A DNA stretch of 63,219 bases, counting the filler, from Octopus bimaculoides (taxonomy: Eukaryota), in the NCBI RefSeq assembly GCF_001194135.2. It is 7 parts of 7 records of this genome, joined end to end, with 100 filler letters (N's around TTAATTAATTAA, not from the genome) between each part and the next. Parts side by side here need not be neighbours in the genome. Positions count along the whole stretch, not along the records: positions 6,976 to 28,081 come from NC_068984.1; 6 more parts are not named here. One strand, given 5' to 3'. The notes under the pieces are model-generated. The model worked only from the letters and a program-made list of their open reading frames with translations. It was not told the DNA's origin and made no database searches. Shown piece by piece: positions 12,720 through 25,094 of this stretch (the stretch's first letter is position 1; each line of letters starts with the position of its first letter). The position numbers and the translations under genes are program-made.

Positions 12720-12936
12720 TTAACCCTTTAGCATTCAGATTTCTCTGTCAAATGTAATGCTTATTTATTCACATTGTTTTGAATTATTTATGCATTATCT
12801 CATAGATTCAAGATTTTGATGGTGCAGTTGTTTATTTCTAAAATGGCATTGTGAGAGACTGGGTCTGGCCAGTTTGAACATAAAACAAGCAGAATATTTT
12901 GACTGGATATGGACAGTTTAAATGCTAAAGGATTGA
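12720..12936. mobile_element. piggyBac-like MITE
   Basis: TTAA-CCCTTTAGCATT left end and AATGCTAAAGGA-TTGA right end (degenerate TTAA). A partial second copy lies at about 23570-23770. Confidence 0.65.
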
Positions 12937-14158
12937 GGCAGTTTATAGTGTCCTTGTAGGTGTCATAGTCTAGAATAAATTTGAATACATGTGAAGTTTA
13001 TGTAGTCAGCATTGAAGGAATCATATGTTTTTTCATAGAGTAAAAAAAAAGAGAAAAAGTATGTGTTATACACAAATAAATATGGTACAAACCAGAAAAG
13101 CTATCTATAAACTCTGGCATGAATAATAAAGGTTCCAGGGGTTTAGATATATCTAAAAATAGCATCAAACTGACAGGATTTAAAATTCAATTCAGTCACT
13201 CCTGCCTGTGAACTCGTAAATTATATTTAAATGTAAAATCAGCAATCTGTTTCATGGAATTTATTATTATACATTTGATTACTACCAGTACTTTATGCTC
13301 TTAGCTCAAATCCAGCCAGGATCAGTTTTGCTTTTTATCCATCTAGGGTTGATAAAATAATCTACCATTCAAATACTTGGGTTTGATGATATTCCCATAA
13401 AACTGCTGGCCCTGTACCTAAACCAGAAATAATTATTATACAACAATTATTGCATAACAATCACAATTTATGGGTTCAATCTTTGGTTGAATAACAGTTT
13501 ATCACTAATGAAAGATCATCATCTCTTGTTAACTAAAATTAATGTTAGGAAAACAGGAAAGTGTTGAATGGACCAGGTTTCATGTTTCTAATTGTAACCC
13601 TTTCATTTTAATCTTGCTACTGGCACAATTTCAACATGTCAGGGCTATATTCAATAGTGTTTAAAACACAGTGTTTATATTAGCTTCAACTTATTTTGTA
13701 CATTTATTCATTTGTTCCCAATAGTAATTAATCAAGGTGGCAAATTAACAGAATTGTTAAAGTGTTCCATGGAATACCTTGTGATATTTGTTTTTGGCTT
13801 TTTGCATTTTGAATTCAAATATCATAAGGGGTCGATTTTATTTTTCATCTTTCTGGCGTTGATAGATTGATAATTAAATGCTAGTCAACTATTGAGATTG
13901 ATAGTTAAATACTGATCAAGTGTTAGATTTGATTCTTCTCTTTCTGAATTGGCTATGTTGCACTGTGAGAAGAGTTGTGAGGAACCATTCATTGCATCAT
14001 TTGTTTTTTCTCCAGAGCTATCCAAGAATGAAGCGTTTTGAAGTACACATGGTAGACAAATTAAGAAAGAAGAGAGCAAAGCTTTTTTGTCACAGATTAT
14101 GACCTAGTTACTGACTCTCCATCCGAGTGACCTGTATTTTTAAATATCCAGTGAAAAA

Positions 14159-14893
14159 TTTGAATCTTTCTGAATTGACGGGCACCACTTGTTTTCTTAA
14201 TGAAACACTTTCAAACTTGGGATACTGGTAGAATGTGTCATATAAAACATCTTTTTCTCTTAGCCTTCTTAACAAAAATTTCTACATTGCAAGTTATTTC
14301 ATGTTAAAGTTGTCTTATTTCTGTAATTTCAACCAATCACTGATGTCTATTCAGCTGAATACAGTTACTGCTGTTTTTGTAAACAATAATTTTTGCCGGT
14401 GTCAAGATCGTTATTCCCTAGTAAGGGTTTTAGGGTTAGGGTTTGGGTTTTAGAGTTAGAGTTAGGGTTAGGGTTATGAGTTAGGTTATGGCAAAAATAA
14501 TCCTAATCCTAACCCTAACTCTAAAACCCTAACCCTAAAGCTAAAACCAGTACAAACGCACGAACGATGTTATAAATAACAGTACCGCCAATAGTTGTTG
14601 TTGACAAACAACAGCACTAATTTTATTCAAGGGAAAAGATCCCATTACACCGCTAGAATATGTTGTTTATATTCCATAGCAGTAATTGTTTTCACCTCAA
14701 TAGACGTCAGTGATTGGTTGAAATTACCGAAATACGACAATTTTTTACATGAAATAACTTAGAATACAAAATTTTTTATCTGTTCTATAACACAAAATAT
14801 ACAAGTATACGAAGTTTGAAAGTGTTTCGGTACCAAAAACACTACATAAAACATAAATGAAAAGTGGTGCCCATCAATTCAGAAAGATCCAAA
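14159..14893. mobile_element. Nested fold-back element with central inverted telomere-like arrays
   Basis: Outer 32-bp TIRs 14159-14190 / 14862-14893 (2 mismatches); inner about 85-bp IRs 14291-14375 / 14678-14760; TTAGGG-like run 14421-14488 facing CCCTAA-like run 14498-14547. Confidence 0.8.
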
Positions 14894-15071
14894 GATATTT
14901 CTTTTTGATACTTAAATATTTTATATACTATTGTAAACTTATTTATATGATATTCTTCCCAAATTCAGAAACTTGATGTTGATATCTAAATTTAATATTC
15001 AAAACGAAATTAAAATTTCTTAATTTCTCTGCTGGTTGTATTTTCATGCAATTGAATATTCTTTTCTTCAG

Positions 15072-15200
15072 AGGTCTACTGCATGATAGCAAGCAGAATC
15101 TACAAACATGTGGTCTTATTATTCTTCTAATTGCTAAAGCTGCTGGCTCTTGTCCTAATTCCACTCTTGATGACACCAGGGTTGGTGGAATTTACCCAAA
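15072..15200 (+). CDS. PDSS2: PDSS2 coding exon 2
   Basis: ttcttcAG| acceptor, GLLHDSKQNLQTCGLIILLIAKAAG..VGGIYP, |GTAAGT donor; 129 nt with phases compatible with exons 1 and 3. Missed by the ORF track. Confidence 0.93.
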
Positions 15201-15911
15201 GTAAGTATTATTCACAATTAAGTAAGTATTAAATATCTGTTTCGGTTTTAGATATTTTCACAAATATTTTTTTAGAAATAGCATATTGGAAACCTTAGTA
15301 TAATTTGATAACTGGGGAAAAAAAAATGCTCTGAATAGTGCAATTCACTGTATTACTAACTTGTTGTTTAGTCTTAGCTCTGATCAAGCAGACCTCCAGC
15401 GATGAAAATCCCATTTCTTTTTTACATCTTGGATTACATTGTCAGATGTGCACTTTACTGGTTTATCATCAAGTCTACCGTTGTCATTTGTTTTGACAAC
15501 CATCCCTGTATTTTTTCAGGCATATTATACCTTAGATTATGTTACTTAATGTATTTTTTGAAGACAGTAGGATATTTGAAGGTGATTTGGCTACCATTTT
15601 TAGCAGGTTGAACAGCCACCTAGAGGCTGCTATCCTTTTTTAAGAGGTGCAACCAGTCTGAGTTGCCTAAAAACTGTTTTGGTTCAATGATACGAAATTT
15701 CTGTTTTTAAATAATCTTGATTAAAATCTTCCATCAAAATTCTATGTTAATTTATATTCCAAACACCAGTTTAAAAATTACTAAATTAATTAAATAAACT
15801 CTTTATTATTTTCAAAATTAATTGAAACACGGTGTATTTCAACAATAATATGATAGCAAAAAAGATTACAATGTTGATGACTGAATATCATTTTATGTTT
15901 TATGTTTTCAG

Positions 15912-16104
15912 CCAGCGCTGTCTTGCTGAGTTAACTGAAATGATTCATACAGCTACTCTTATTCATAAAGGAGTTTTAAATCTGAAGACAGTTGACAAAA
16001 GTGAGAAACGCAATTTAGACTTTGGTAACAAAATGGCCATTTTGAGTGGTGACTTTCTTTTGGCTTCTGCATGTTCTGCACTTGCTAAATTAAACAACAC
16101 AAAA
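15912..16104 (+). CDS. PDSS2: PDSS2 coding exon 3
   Basis: ttttcAG| acceptor, [47 protein letters not shown], |GTAAGT. HKGVLN replaces the DDxxD motif, diagnostic of PDSS2 rather than PDSS1. Confidence 0.96.
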
Positions 16105-16767
16105 GTAAGTCCACATGTTCTATTATAAATACATGTCTTTATTTATATTTTATTGTTTTTTTTTTACACTCATTTTGGTTCCTGTGCTAGCATATGAGTG
16201 AAGTAGTTATCACGAATTTTGTAGTTTTTATACCATTAGAGCAAAGAAGTGCTTCTGCTAATAGCTACTGCTCTTCATATTGTCCATTTTAATGTTTCTA
16301 CCCTTTCAATGTGGTAAACTGGTACAACCATTAAAGCTCCAAATAGAATGTCTTGCAATTGAATTTGTTCTGGCTCTCTAAACCCTGAAATCAAATCCTT
16401 TTGAGGCCCAGGTTGTCTTACATTCTTTAGTGCTAAGTATTGAGGTTGATTCTTTTCTCGTCTATCTCTTTCTGTCTATTCTTCCTTTATTTTTTTAGAG
16501 TTGGCTATTGGCAACAAGATGGTGCTCATAAAATATGAAACCGTCTTTGTAGTTACCCCACAAAAATTCCATAACAAGTACTCAGCTTGTCAGACCTGTT
16601 GACTCTTTTAATGAAGGCCCTTCATATTACTAAGTACTCAACCATTAATTGAAAGTACATGTCAATCAGGTTGAATAAGATAGCGAAGTAATGTCCCTTT
16701 ACATTTATCTACAATATAAGCTGAAATAAGGTATGAACTGATCTTTAGCTTAAAGATTTGGTAATAT

Positions 16768-17225
16768 CCTCATCTTGAGTGTTGCTTTCACTATGTTTTG
16801 AGTGTTGTATGTTCCATCCTTCTTCAGGCGTGTTGTGTTGAACCTAGATGTTGAATTGGAATTTCGAACCTAACCTTTTTATTTGATCCATGGCGGGTAC
16901 ACTGTTCTCATTCTGCTTTCTGCATTTCATGACATGTTTTTTACTTCAGCTGGGATTGAACTCAGAACCTCTAAGTAACTGTACTGCAAGCAATAAAAAT
17001 TTTAAGAAATACTGAGAGCAGAATGAGAACAGTGTAACCCCATGAATCAAATAAAGAGTTAAGTTCGAAATTCTGATACAACAACTGAGTTCAACACAAG
17101 ACACTTGAAGAACGCTGGAGTATGCAACAGCCAAAATGTCGTAAAAAGCAACAATCAAGAAGATACCAGTCTGACTAATATAAACAATATACATAATATG
17201 AATTCCTCATATCAGAAATATAAAA
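16768..17225. mobile_element. Inverted pair of SINE-like copies with decayed hammerhead-like 3' parts
   Basis: Arms of about 150 bp (16768-16920 / 17014-17168) are complementary; the spacer holds a minus-strand B box (ggttctgagttcaatccc). Each arm has a (C/T)TGAAGA..AAAA(C/T)..GT motif. Confidence 0.65.
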
Positions 17226-17585
17226 TTGTAATCCAAATATGTTATTGATATATAATGTCTCTTGTCCTGTGCTTTCAGCTGATAAAATAATACAATTTCT
17301 GATAATTTTCTGTCCTTAAATGAAAAACTATATGAATTTCTAATGATAAGTGCGATATCTGTAAGGGTGGAGAGGTCTAGTCTATTGAATTACACTTGAG
17401 ATATTTTAACATTTAGTCAAGTGTTTTGAGTTTTTTTTATATCTCATTTGAAATGTGTCCCATAAAAGTTTTTTTCTAATATCCTACCATATATAATACC
17501 TATCGTGATTTTTTGGGATTAAATTATTTTAAAAACCTTATAACACCATGTCTTATACTCATTGTGACACAACTATGATAAGAGT

Positions 17586-17957
17586 GTGTTGGCACTCCAT
17601 CGCTTACGACGTCGAGGGTTCCAGTTGATCCGATCAATGGAACAGCCTGCTCGTGAAATTAACGTGCAAGTGGCTGAGCACTCCACAGACACGTGTACCC
17701 CTAATGTAGTTCTCGGGGATATTCAGCGTGACACAGCTGACCCTTTGAATTACAGGCACAACAGAAACAGGAAGTAAGAGTGAGAGAAAGTTGTGGTGAA
17801 AGAGTACAGCAGGGTTCGCCACCATCCCCTGCCGGAGCCTCGTGGAGCTTTTAAGTGTTTTCGCTCAATAAACACTCACAACGCCCGGTTTGGGAATCGA
17901 AACTGTGATCCTATGACCGCGAGTCTACTGCCCTAACCACTGGGCCATTGCGCCTCC
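17586..17957 (-). mobile_element. Full-length tRNA-derived SINE with target-site duplication
   Basis: A box tggcccagtgg and B box gtttcgattcc on the minus strand; 14-bp direct repeat actatgataagagt at 17572-17585 and 17958-17971. Homologues at 36725-36992 and 62831-63190. Confidence 0.9.
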
Positions 17958-18022
17958 ACTATGATAAGAGTAGATAGTCTTTTATAATCCAATGTAGCAG
18001 TTTTTAATATTCCATTTTGTAT

Positions 18023-18240
18023 AAGGCAGCGAGCTGGCAGAATTGTTAGTACACCAAGTAAAATGCTTAGTGGCATTTCATCCATCTTTATGTTTTTTGT
18101 TCAAATTCCACCAAGGTTGACTTTGCCTTTCATCCTTTTGGGAGTTGATAAAATAAGCGCCAGTCAAGTATTGGGGTCGATGTAATCGACTTAGCCTCTC
18201 CCGCAAAACTGCTGGCCTTGTGCCAAAATTTGAAACCAAT
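18023..18240 (+). mobile_element. tRNA-derived SINE (ggcgagctggcagaa family)
   Basis: Head agcgagctggcagaattgttag, B box gttcaaattcc, body ggggtcgatgtaatcgac. Same family at 3836-4050, 39997-40215, 49192-49660 and 61082-61250. Confidence 0.85.
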
Positions 18241-18442
18241 ATTTCATTTCATATAAAATTTATTATTATAGTAAAAGAAATAATTATTATTGTGTTATTT
18301 CTTAATAAAAGTGATGGGGAAATGTTTGTAGCTTAATACTATGTATTATACACATACTTAATTTCAATTAGATTTTGGTGAAAAAAAATCCATTTATTAT
18401 ATTTGAAGTTCTACAGTAATTGTGTATCATTTATGTTGTTAG

Positions 18443-18691
18443 GTTGTAGAAATTATATCAGAATCAATTAAAAAAATCATGGAGTCCCAGTTTACCAGTT
18501 TCATTGATTCTGATGGTAATGGACTTTTGAAAGAGACAATTACATTTAGTGACTGGCGCAACCAAGCTTACCTTTCTTATGGTAATTTGCTTGGATATAG
18601 CTGTCAGGCTGTCACACTTCTTGCTGGACATGGAATTACTGTACAAGAAAATGCTTACAAATTTGGCATCAACCTTGCATTTGCACACCAA
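18443..18691 (+). CDS. PDSS2: PDSS2 coding exon 4
   Basis: ttgttAG| phase-0 acceptor, VVEIISESIKKIMESQF..DWRNQAYLSYGNLLGYSCQAVTLLAGH..NAYKFGINLAFAHQ, |GTAAGT; 249 nt = 83 codons. Confidence 0.94.
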
Positions 18692-19861
18692 GTAAGTTTA
18701 TTTTATTTATGTATGTCTGTGTGTGTGTATCTGTTCTGCCAAAATCTATGTGAGATTTTTGTTGTTCTCATGCTGTGTGTGTGAATCCCATGAGGGCTTT
18801 ATATGTTGTAACAACTACATTGTGTCTTTTTTTATAATTACACATAATCAATAAATGCCCCTTTTATTTTGTATTCAAATAAACAATAATACTAAACATA
18901 TTCACACAAACATTCAATATATTAATAGTCCAACGGATGAATTAACATATATATCTATATTTATAAGTTTGGCTGATAACTCATGAATATTTGGTGATCT
19001 TCTGTGTCTGTTTTTTATTTTTTAATTGTTTGTGCTTATATATATTATGTTTCTTTTAACTTATTATTTAATGGGTTGCTACACATTGTCTCTTAGTTTG
19101 TTTACATTAAGTGAATTCATATATATATATATTACTGATTTTAAAAGTGTTATTTTGAACATGCTGTGTAGAATTTATGAGAAACTTCTCTTGTGTACAA
19201 AAGCATAACTGCTGATATATGTAACACACACACACACACACATACATGTACACATATATACATAGCCATTTTCTCTTTCACTTAGACAAAATATTTTGCA
19301 TTACATGAAGAGTTTTCCATAAAAATAAAATGAACTTTGTTGCATATCAACAATCAAGAGAGAAAGCTGCCAGGAAATTTTAAACACTGGAGCAATCTAC
19401 TGTTCTTTTCTTGCAAGGAAAATGGACATTGATTATAGCTTTTGTAAGTTATGGACATTAATTCATAGACTTGTCGGTTGTTCCAAAATTGTGAGATCAA
19501 TGTGGTTTGATATTTAGTTTAAACGTTTGTAGTTTAATGCCTGCAGGGAAAGATTTCACTGCGAGTGATTTCTAGAGAATTATAACTCAGAGGAAGATGG
19601 ATTGGGCCAAGTGTTTAGTATAGGTTTGTTGGGTATGAGATGTTTTGGCACTGCTGTTTAGATGCTGCCTATTTGAAGCTACTGATTCATTGTTGACTTA
19701 TTTGACATCGGATGTTTTATCGTTTCTTTTGTTCTCACCTCCACCACTCTCCCTCTGTTTATGTGTGTGAGCATATATCTCTTTATGTGTATGAGGAGAG
19801 AAAAAGTGTGTCAGTTGTGTTCACTTAATAAATTGTAATGTATCTCTTTCTCTTTATTTAT

Positions 19862-21060
19862 CTCATCATCATCATTTAATGTCTGCTTTCCATGCTGGCA
19901 TGGGTTGGATGGTTTGACTGAAAACTGGTAAGCTGCACCAGGTTCTGATCTGATTTGGCAAGGTTTCTATGGCCGGATGCCCTTCCTAACTCCAATTACT
20001 CTGAGAGTGTAGTGGGTATTTTTACATGCCACCAGCATGGGTGCTATTGAGCTAACACCAGTATCGACCTTGACTACGGTCTCACTTGGCTTCACAGTAT
20101 ATCGCCAAAAATCTTGGTTACTTGTCATTGCCAGCATGGGTGCCAGTCAGACAGCACTGGCATTGGCAATGACTACAATTTCACTCGGTTTGACAGGTCT
20201 TCACAAGCACAGCATATCACCCAACGATTGAAGGGTGCTTTTAATGGGCCAGTTATGTGACATTGGCATTGGCCATGATTTCAGTCTCACTTGGCTTGAT
20301 GGGTCTTCTCAAGCATGGTATTTCGCCAAAGGTTCTGGTCACTTGTCATTGCCTTTGTGAGGCCCAACATTCAAAGATTGTGCTTCACCACCTCATCCCA
20401 GGTCTTCCTGGGTCTACCTCTTCCACAGGTTCCCTCCACTGTTAGAGTCTGACACTTACACTCTGTTGTGCAAGCACACTGACATTACACATCCAGCAAA
20501 GCACTCTAGCTTCATTTCTTACAAGCCTACGCATGTCCTCAGCAGTCACAGTCCATGTTTCACTGCTGTGTAGCATGGCTGTTTGCACACAGGCATCATA
20601 GGTCTACCTTTCACTCTGAGCAGGAGGCCCTTTGGAGGTAGGAGCTTTCTGAACTTTATCCAGCCTATTCTTATTTTAGCAGCTACGCTTTCAGAGCATC
20701 CACCTCGGCTACTGACTTGGTCACCTAAGTAACAGAAGCTATCAATTTCTATTTTTTTCTGCCCTGGCATTTGATGGAATTTATTTTCTGTACATTTTTA
20801 CTGTTAATTGTACCTGTGCACCTTCCACACACAAAAACTATTTTCACTGTTAACCTTCCTCTGATAATGCTGCACCTCTTATGCGTCCATAACTTACACA
20901 AGGTACATCTTATGGAATTTCTTCATCTTATGGAGTATCTGTATGTGTATATTTTTGCAGAACGTGTGTGTGTGTGTGTGTCTGAGTGTGTTTGCCTCCA
21001 GTGCCAAAATGTACTAAATCACTCCAGTGCCACAGCTGTACTAAATCAGTAGCTGCACTT
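19862..21060 (-). mobile_element. RTE-clade LINE 3' fragment
   Basis: Cys-rich finger (SIRCTLCKLWTHKRC..FVCGRC), then EIDSFCYLGDQ..ESVAAKIRIGW, GRGRPRKTWDEVV, an internally duplicated 3' UTR and a (GAT)n tail at about 19863. Confidence 0.85.
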
Positions 21061-22390
21061 AATCATCTCATTTCGAGGTTTGTCAGGACAAGCAGGTGAC
21101 ACAAGTGATACAGGTGAGAAGAGGAAGTTAATAACCTGGTGCAAAACTCAACATATGTACGTTTCAGAACAAAGTGTTAGACGAGTATAGAGTGGTAATA
21201 AGAAAAAGAGATGATACAGGAAAAACAATGGTTATGTTATACACTTCATTAGCTTACAACTGCTTCTGCTATAAGATGTAGTGGACTCTTGTGCCTACAC
21301 ACAGACACAAACACATATACATATGTTTGTGTGTGTGTGTATATATATATATGTATATATAATTAATTCAATAATACGATAAGGTCTTTTACAAGAACTT
21401 GCTAGCTATATGTATATATATATATGTATATATAATTAATTCAATAATACGATAAGGNNNNNNNNNNNNNNNNNNNNNNNNNNNNNNNNNNNNNNNNNNN
21501 NNNNNNNNNNNNNNNNNNNNNNNNNNNNNNNNNNNNNNNNNNNNNNNNNNNNNNNNNNNNNNNNNNNNNNNNNNNNNNNNNNNNNNNNNNNNNNNNNNNN
21601 NNNNNNNNNNNNNNNNNNNNNNNNNNNNNNNNNNNNNNNNNNNNNNNNNNNNNNNNNNNNNNNNNNNNNNNNNNNNNNNNNNNNNNNNNNNNNNNNNNNN
21701 NNNNNNNNNNNNNNNNNNNNNNNNNNNNNNNNNNNNNNNNNNNNNNNNNNNNNNNNNNNNNNNNNNNNNNNNNNNNNNNNNNNNNNNNNNNNNNNNNNNN
21801 NNNNNNNNNNNNNNNNNNNNNNNNNNGACTCCTCCCTTCCCCCAAAATTGGTGTCCTTGTGGCAAAATTTGAAACCATTATTTTTAATAATAATGATAAT
21901 TAGGATCTTTTCTGTTTGGCTGCACCTGTAGAAACTTCAAAGTTTATTGAAAATTTTAAAAGTTGTAATTTTCTATGCTGAATCTCAGGATAATGTTACA
22001 CTTTTTCCAGAAAAAAAAAAAAAAAAAAGTTATAGTGGTTTAAAGTTTGATAATTTTTACCCAGTTAGAAAACAGGATTTGGAAGCTGTCATTTTGTGTG
22101 TGAATATATTGTGCATAGAATATATTTGTCAACACATGTGCTTTCTCACAGACAAAAGGGTTCTCATGTTTGGCTTGTTACTATGGAAATTGGCATGAAT
22201 GTGTCTGTGGCTTATGATTGGCTCAATTTACCCTAAATATGCAAACTTTAAAAGCTAATAACTCTTTATTTATTGATTTATGTCAAAAATGAATTTCCTG
22301 GCAAAAATTAACATACATCATTACATTATTACACTGAATATGAACAGAAATTGAAGAAATTGAAAAGTGGCAACCAGACAGAAAAGATCC

Positions 22391-22432
<42 letters not shown>
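22391..22432. repeat. (AAT)n microsatellite
   Basis: Direct reading. Confidence 0.95.
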
Positions 22433-22433
<1 letters not shown>

Positions 22434-23766
22434 TAAAAAAAAATACAGACAAATACATAACCAAAACACCAGGGCTTGTGAATATATATGTAACGGTTGA
22501 TGTTTTTGTGAAGGCTGCGAGTCTCTTGTTCGGGGTCACCAATGTAACGGTTAATATTTTTGTGTTGTGTAGTCGATGTGTCACCCATTGTAACGGATAA
22601 GTATTATTTACCAATTGTACTGGTTATAAGATGAACGATGAAGATGATCAACATTTTTATAGAAATATTTATTTACCGTTACTTTATATGTTGCCATACC
22701 ACGACAGGTAGGCCAATGTAATAGTATAACAGTTTGTACGTAAAGCATACAAGGTAAAGAATTTCGGCCTGTATCTGTATGTACACTTTCTCATAGTAGT
22801 ATTTATATATAGAGAGAGATGGTAGTGTTAAAGAGGAAAGGATGCGAACTCGTATTAGTTATAATGTGTGCGATGTTGTCTCACAGTGGCTGACAGTAAA
22901 CTTCTTTCTCCCTCTGGCCGTTTGTCTTTTAGGGGCTGCCTGCTTGTGTCCATGGCTCTAGATGTCCAGTCGTCACTGACTGGTGACTAAGCTGTTGAGT
23001 CGTCACCGACTGGTGACTAAAGAGGAAGCTTTGCTTGGGGTCTCCTGTTTTATAGCTATCTAGAAGGGTAGTGAGTGCAAAGGATTTAGCTGGCGGTCTT
23101 GTTTATCTCTATTCTAGATTTGATGGAGTAGAAGAGGTCAGAAAGGGTCAAGTGGTGGAGACACCGCTTCGGCCTAGCTAAAGGCGTCTGGGACATATCT
23201 AACTGCTGTCAGATCAAAACCGTTGTTCCACCGCGGGAAAAGTTCTGATGCAGTGTTAATTCAAATTTGGGCATAGTGGATCGAATCCACTTCACGCCTG
23301 CAAGATTCCTATATATATAACATACAGAAAATAGCACTACTATGCACTGCACACATCCTATGTAAAGCACTTTCATTACAATGAAAATAACAATCCCAAA
23401 ACAAACCACAACACATACCCAAGGCACACACAGCTGCACTCAGTAGTGCAGTGATCACATAATTCTTGAGTTATTACTGTTGATGTTTCAATAATATGTT
23501 ACAAATCTGCACCCTAACCAATGTCTAGAGTTCTCTTTGAACAACAATTTAATTAATAACCATATATTTTAAATCCTTTAGCATTCATATTACTCTGTTA
23601 AATGTAGTGTTAATACTTAATTATTCGCATTGTTTTGAATTAATCAGGTACTATCTCACAACTTCAAAACTTCGATGTTGTGACTGTTTATTTTTCAGAA
23701 TGATATTGTTGGGTAGGTGTGAGAGGCCAGATCTGGCTAGTTTGGGCATAAATCAAGTAGAATATT

Positions 23767-23808
<42 letters not shown>

Positions 23809-23973
23809 CTATTATAATGAAGTGCTAGACACTAGAGATTAATTCAGACTTATTGTCTGTGTATAGGACATTCTGCTAAGTAGATTATCTCCCTTGGCTA
23901 GGCGGCCCTCCATGCAGACAGTTCTACTTCCACGGACTGTCCAAGCCATTGTTGTTGTGTGTCACGTCATATC

Positions 23974-24920
23974 ATGAATATTAAGGGACTCGAGTTAAAG
24001 AATTATTTGCGATTACATGGACAGTATGTTACTGGAAAAAAGGCGGATTTGGTTGAAAGGTTAAAAGGTAGGTAATCTTCCAGTTTAGTGAGGTAAAAAA
24101 AGTAAATAAAGATACAAGGGAAATAACTTAACGTCTTACTAGTATAATTCGTACTACTCTGAAATGTGTTTTTTTTTAGCTGTTTTTAAATAAATCACAC
24201 ACGTAATTGAAGTTAACTGTTTATATAATCACACACGTGATTGAATATCATAGTACCTGCTGCACAACAACTTATGGTAATCTTCCAGTATAGGGAGATA
24301 ACGGTTAAACCAAAGCGTTTGACCCGAGCTAAAAAAAAAAATTTAAAAAATTAGTGTAATAGGTGTAAGACAACTTGCTGTGAACGAATATGAAGAAAAA
24401 AAATGCGCGCTCGCGAACAGGTGGGGTGGGGAGAGTACGGATAATACTAGTAAGACATTAAGTTATTTCCCTTGTATTTTTATTTACTTTAAAATTCTTA
24501 CGATAAAGAATGTCAATGAATTAAAAGAAACAGACTAGAAGTGTACTTCAGACCGGAATAAGCAGAAACTTGTATCTCATCTCGGTGAAGTTTTCCCTGA
24601 TCCTAATGTGCTGAAATCAGATTTGACTAAAGATCTTCATAACTTGCCGAATTTTACGGATAATGATGTTTACAACTGCCTTGTGCTACGGATGAAGGCA
24701 AAGTGAGTTAAGGAATGGCATATTTTACCATGACAGGCACGTCCACAACATTGAATATCACGATGTTACCGAAAACAGCTCTCACTGCATTGTCCAGTGT
24801 CTGGTAATCCCGTCAATACCCAACATCTAACAAAAAGAACAATCCTGACCACAGAGTGTCAAAGGTTACTGGCAATGTGCATTCAGCTGATTGCAACTGC
24901 ATTGCAGGGAAAGAGCATGC
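23974..24920 (+). pseudogene. Transposon accessory gene remnant: SAP domain exon, intron, second SAP-like repeat and SWIM-finger region
   Basis: 23974-24067 MNIKGLELKNYLRLHGQYVTGKKADLVERLK|GTAGGT. From about 24491: KNVNELKE..NKQKLVSHL, FPDPNVL..DLHNLPNFTDNDVYNCLV, FYHDRHVHNI..TGNVHSADCNCIAG. Contains stops and frameshifts. Confidence 0.75.
24099..24490. mobile_element. MITE-like insert with about 57-bp terminal inverted repeats
   Basis: aaagtaaataaagatacaagggaaataacttaacgtcttactagtat (from 24099) is complementary to 24434-24490 with about 5 differences. Confidence 0.7.
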
Positions 24921-25094
24921 TTAATTATTTTGACTTTTTCCCCTTGTATAAATAAATTATATTTTTTATGGATGTAAGTAAATAAACGTATAATTAAAAC
25001 AATAAATAATAAATAAACGACACTTAATGTTGAATATTTTTTTATCCCTATCATATTTATCAAATACAAACGCACAGTCACATACACATATCTC

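Noticed and set aside
14421-14547. True chromosome-fusion scar
   Set aside because: The arrays are short, degenerate and enclosed by transposon-like inverted repeats.
21337-21457. Tandem duplication of a 45-bp AT-rich unit next to a gap
   Set aside because: Abuts an N gap and is typical of contig-end overlap.
21904-21990. DLFCLAAPVE as a possible PDSS2 exon 5
   Set aside because: Poor acceptor, no suitable donor, early stop and only a 3-residue resemblance.
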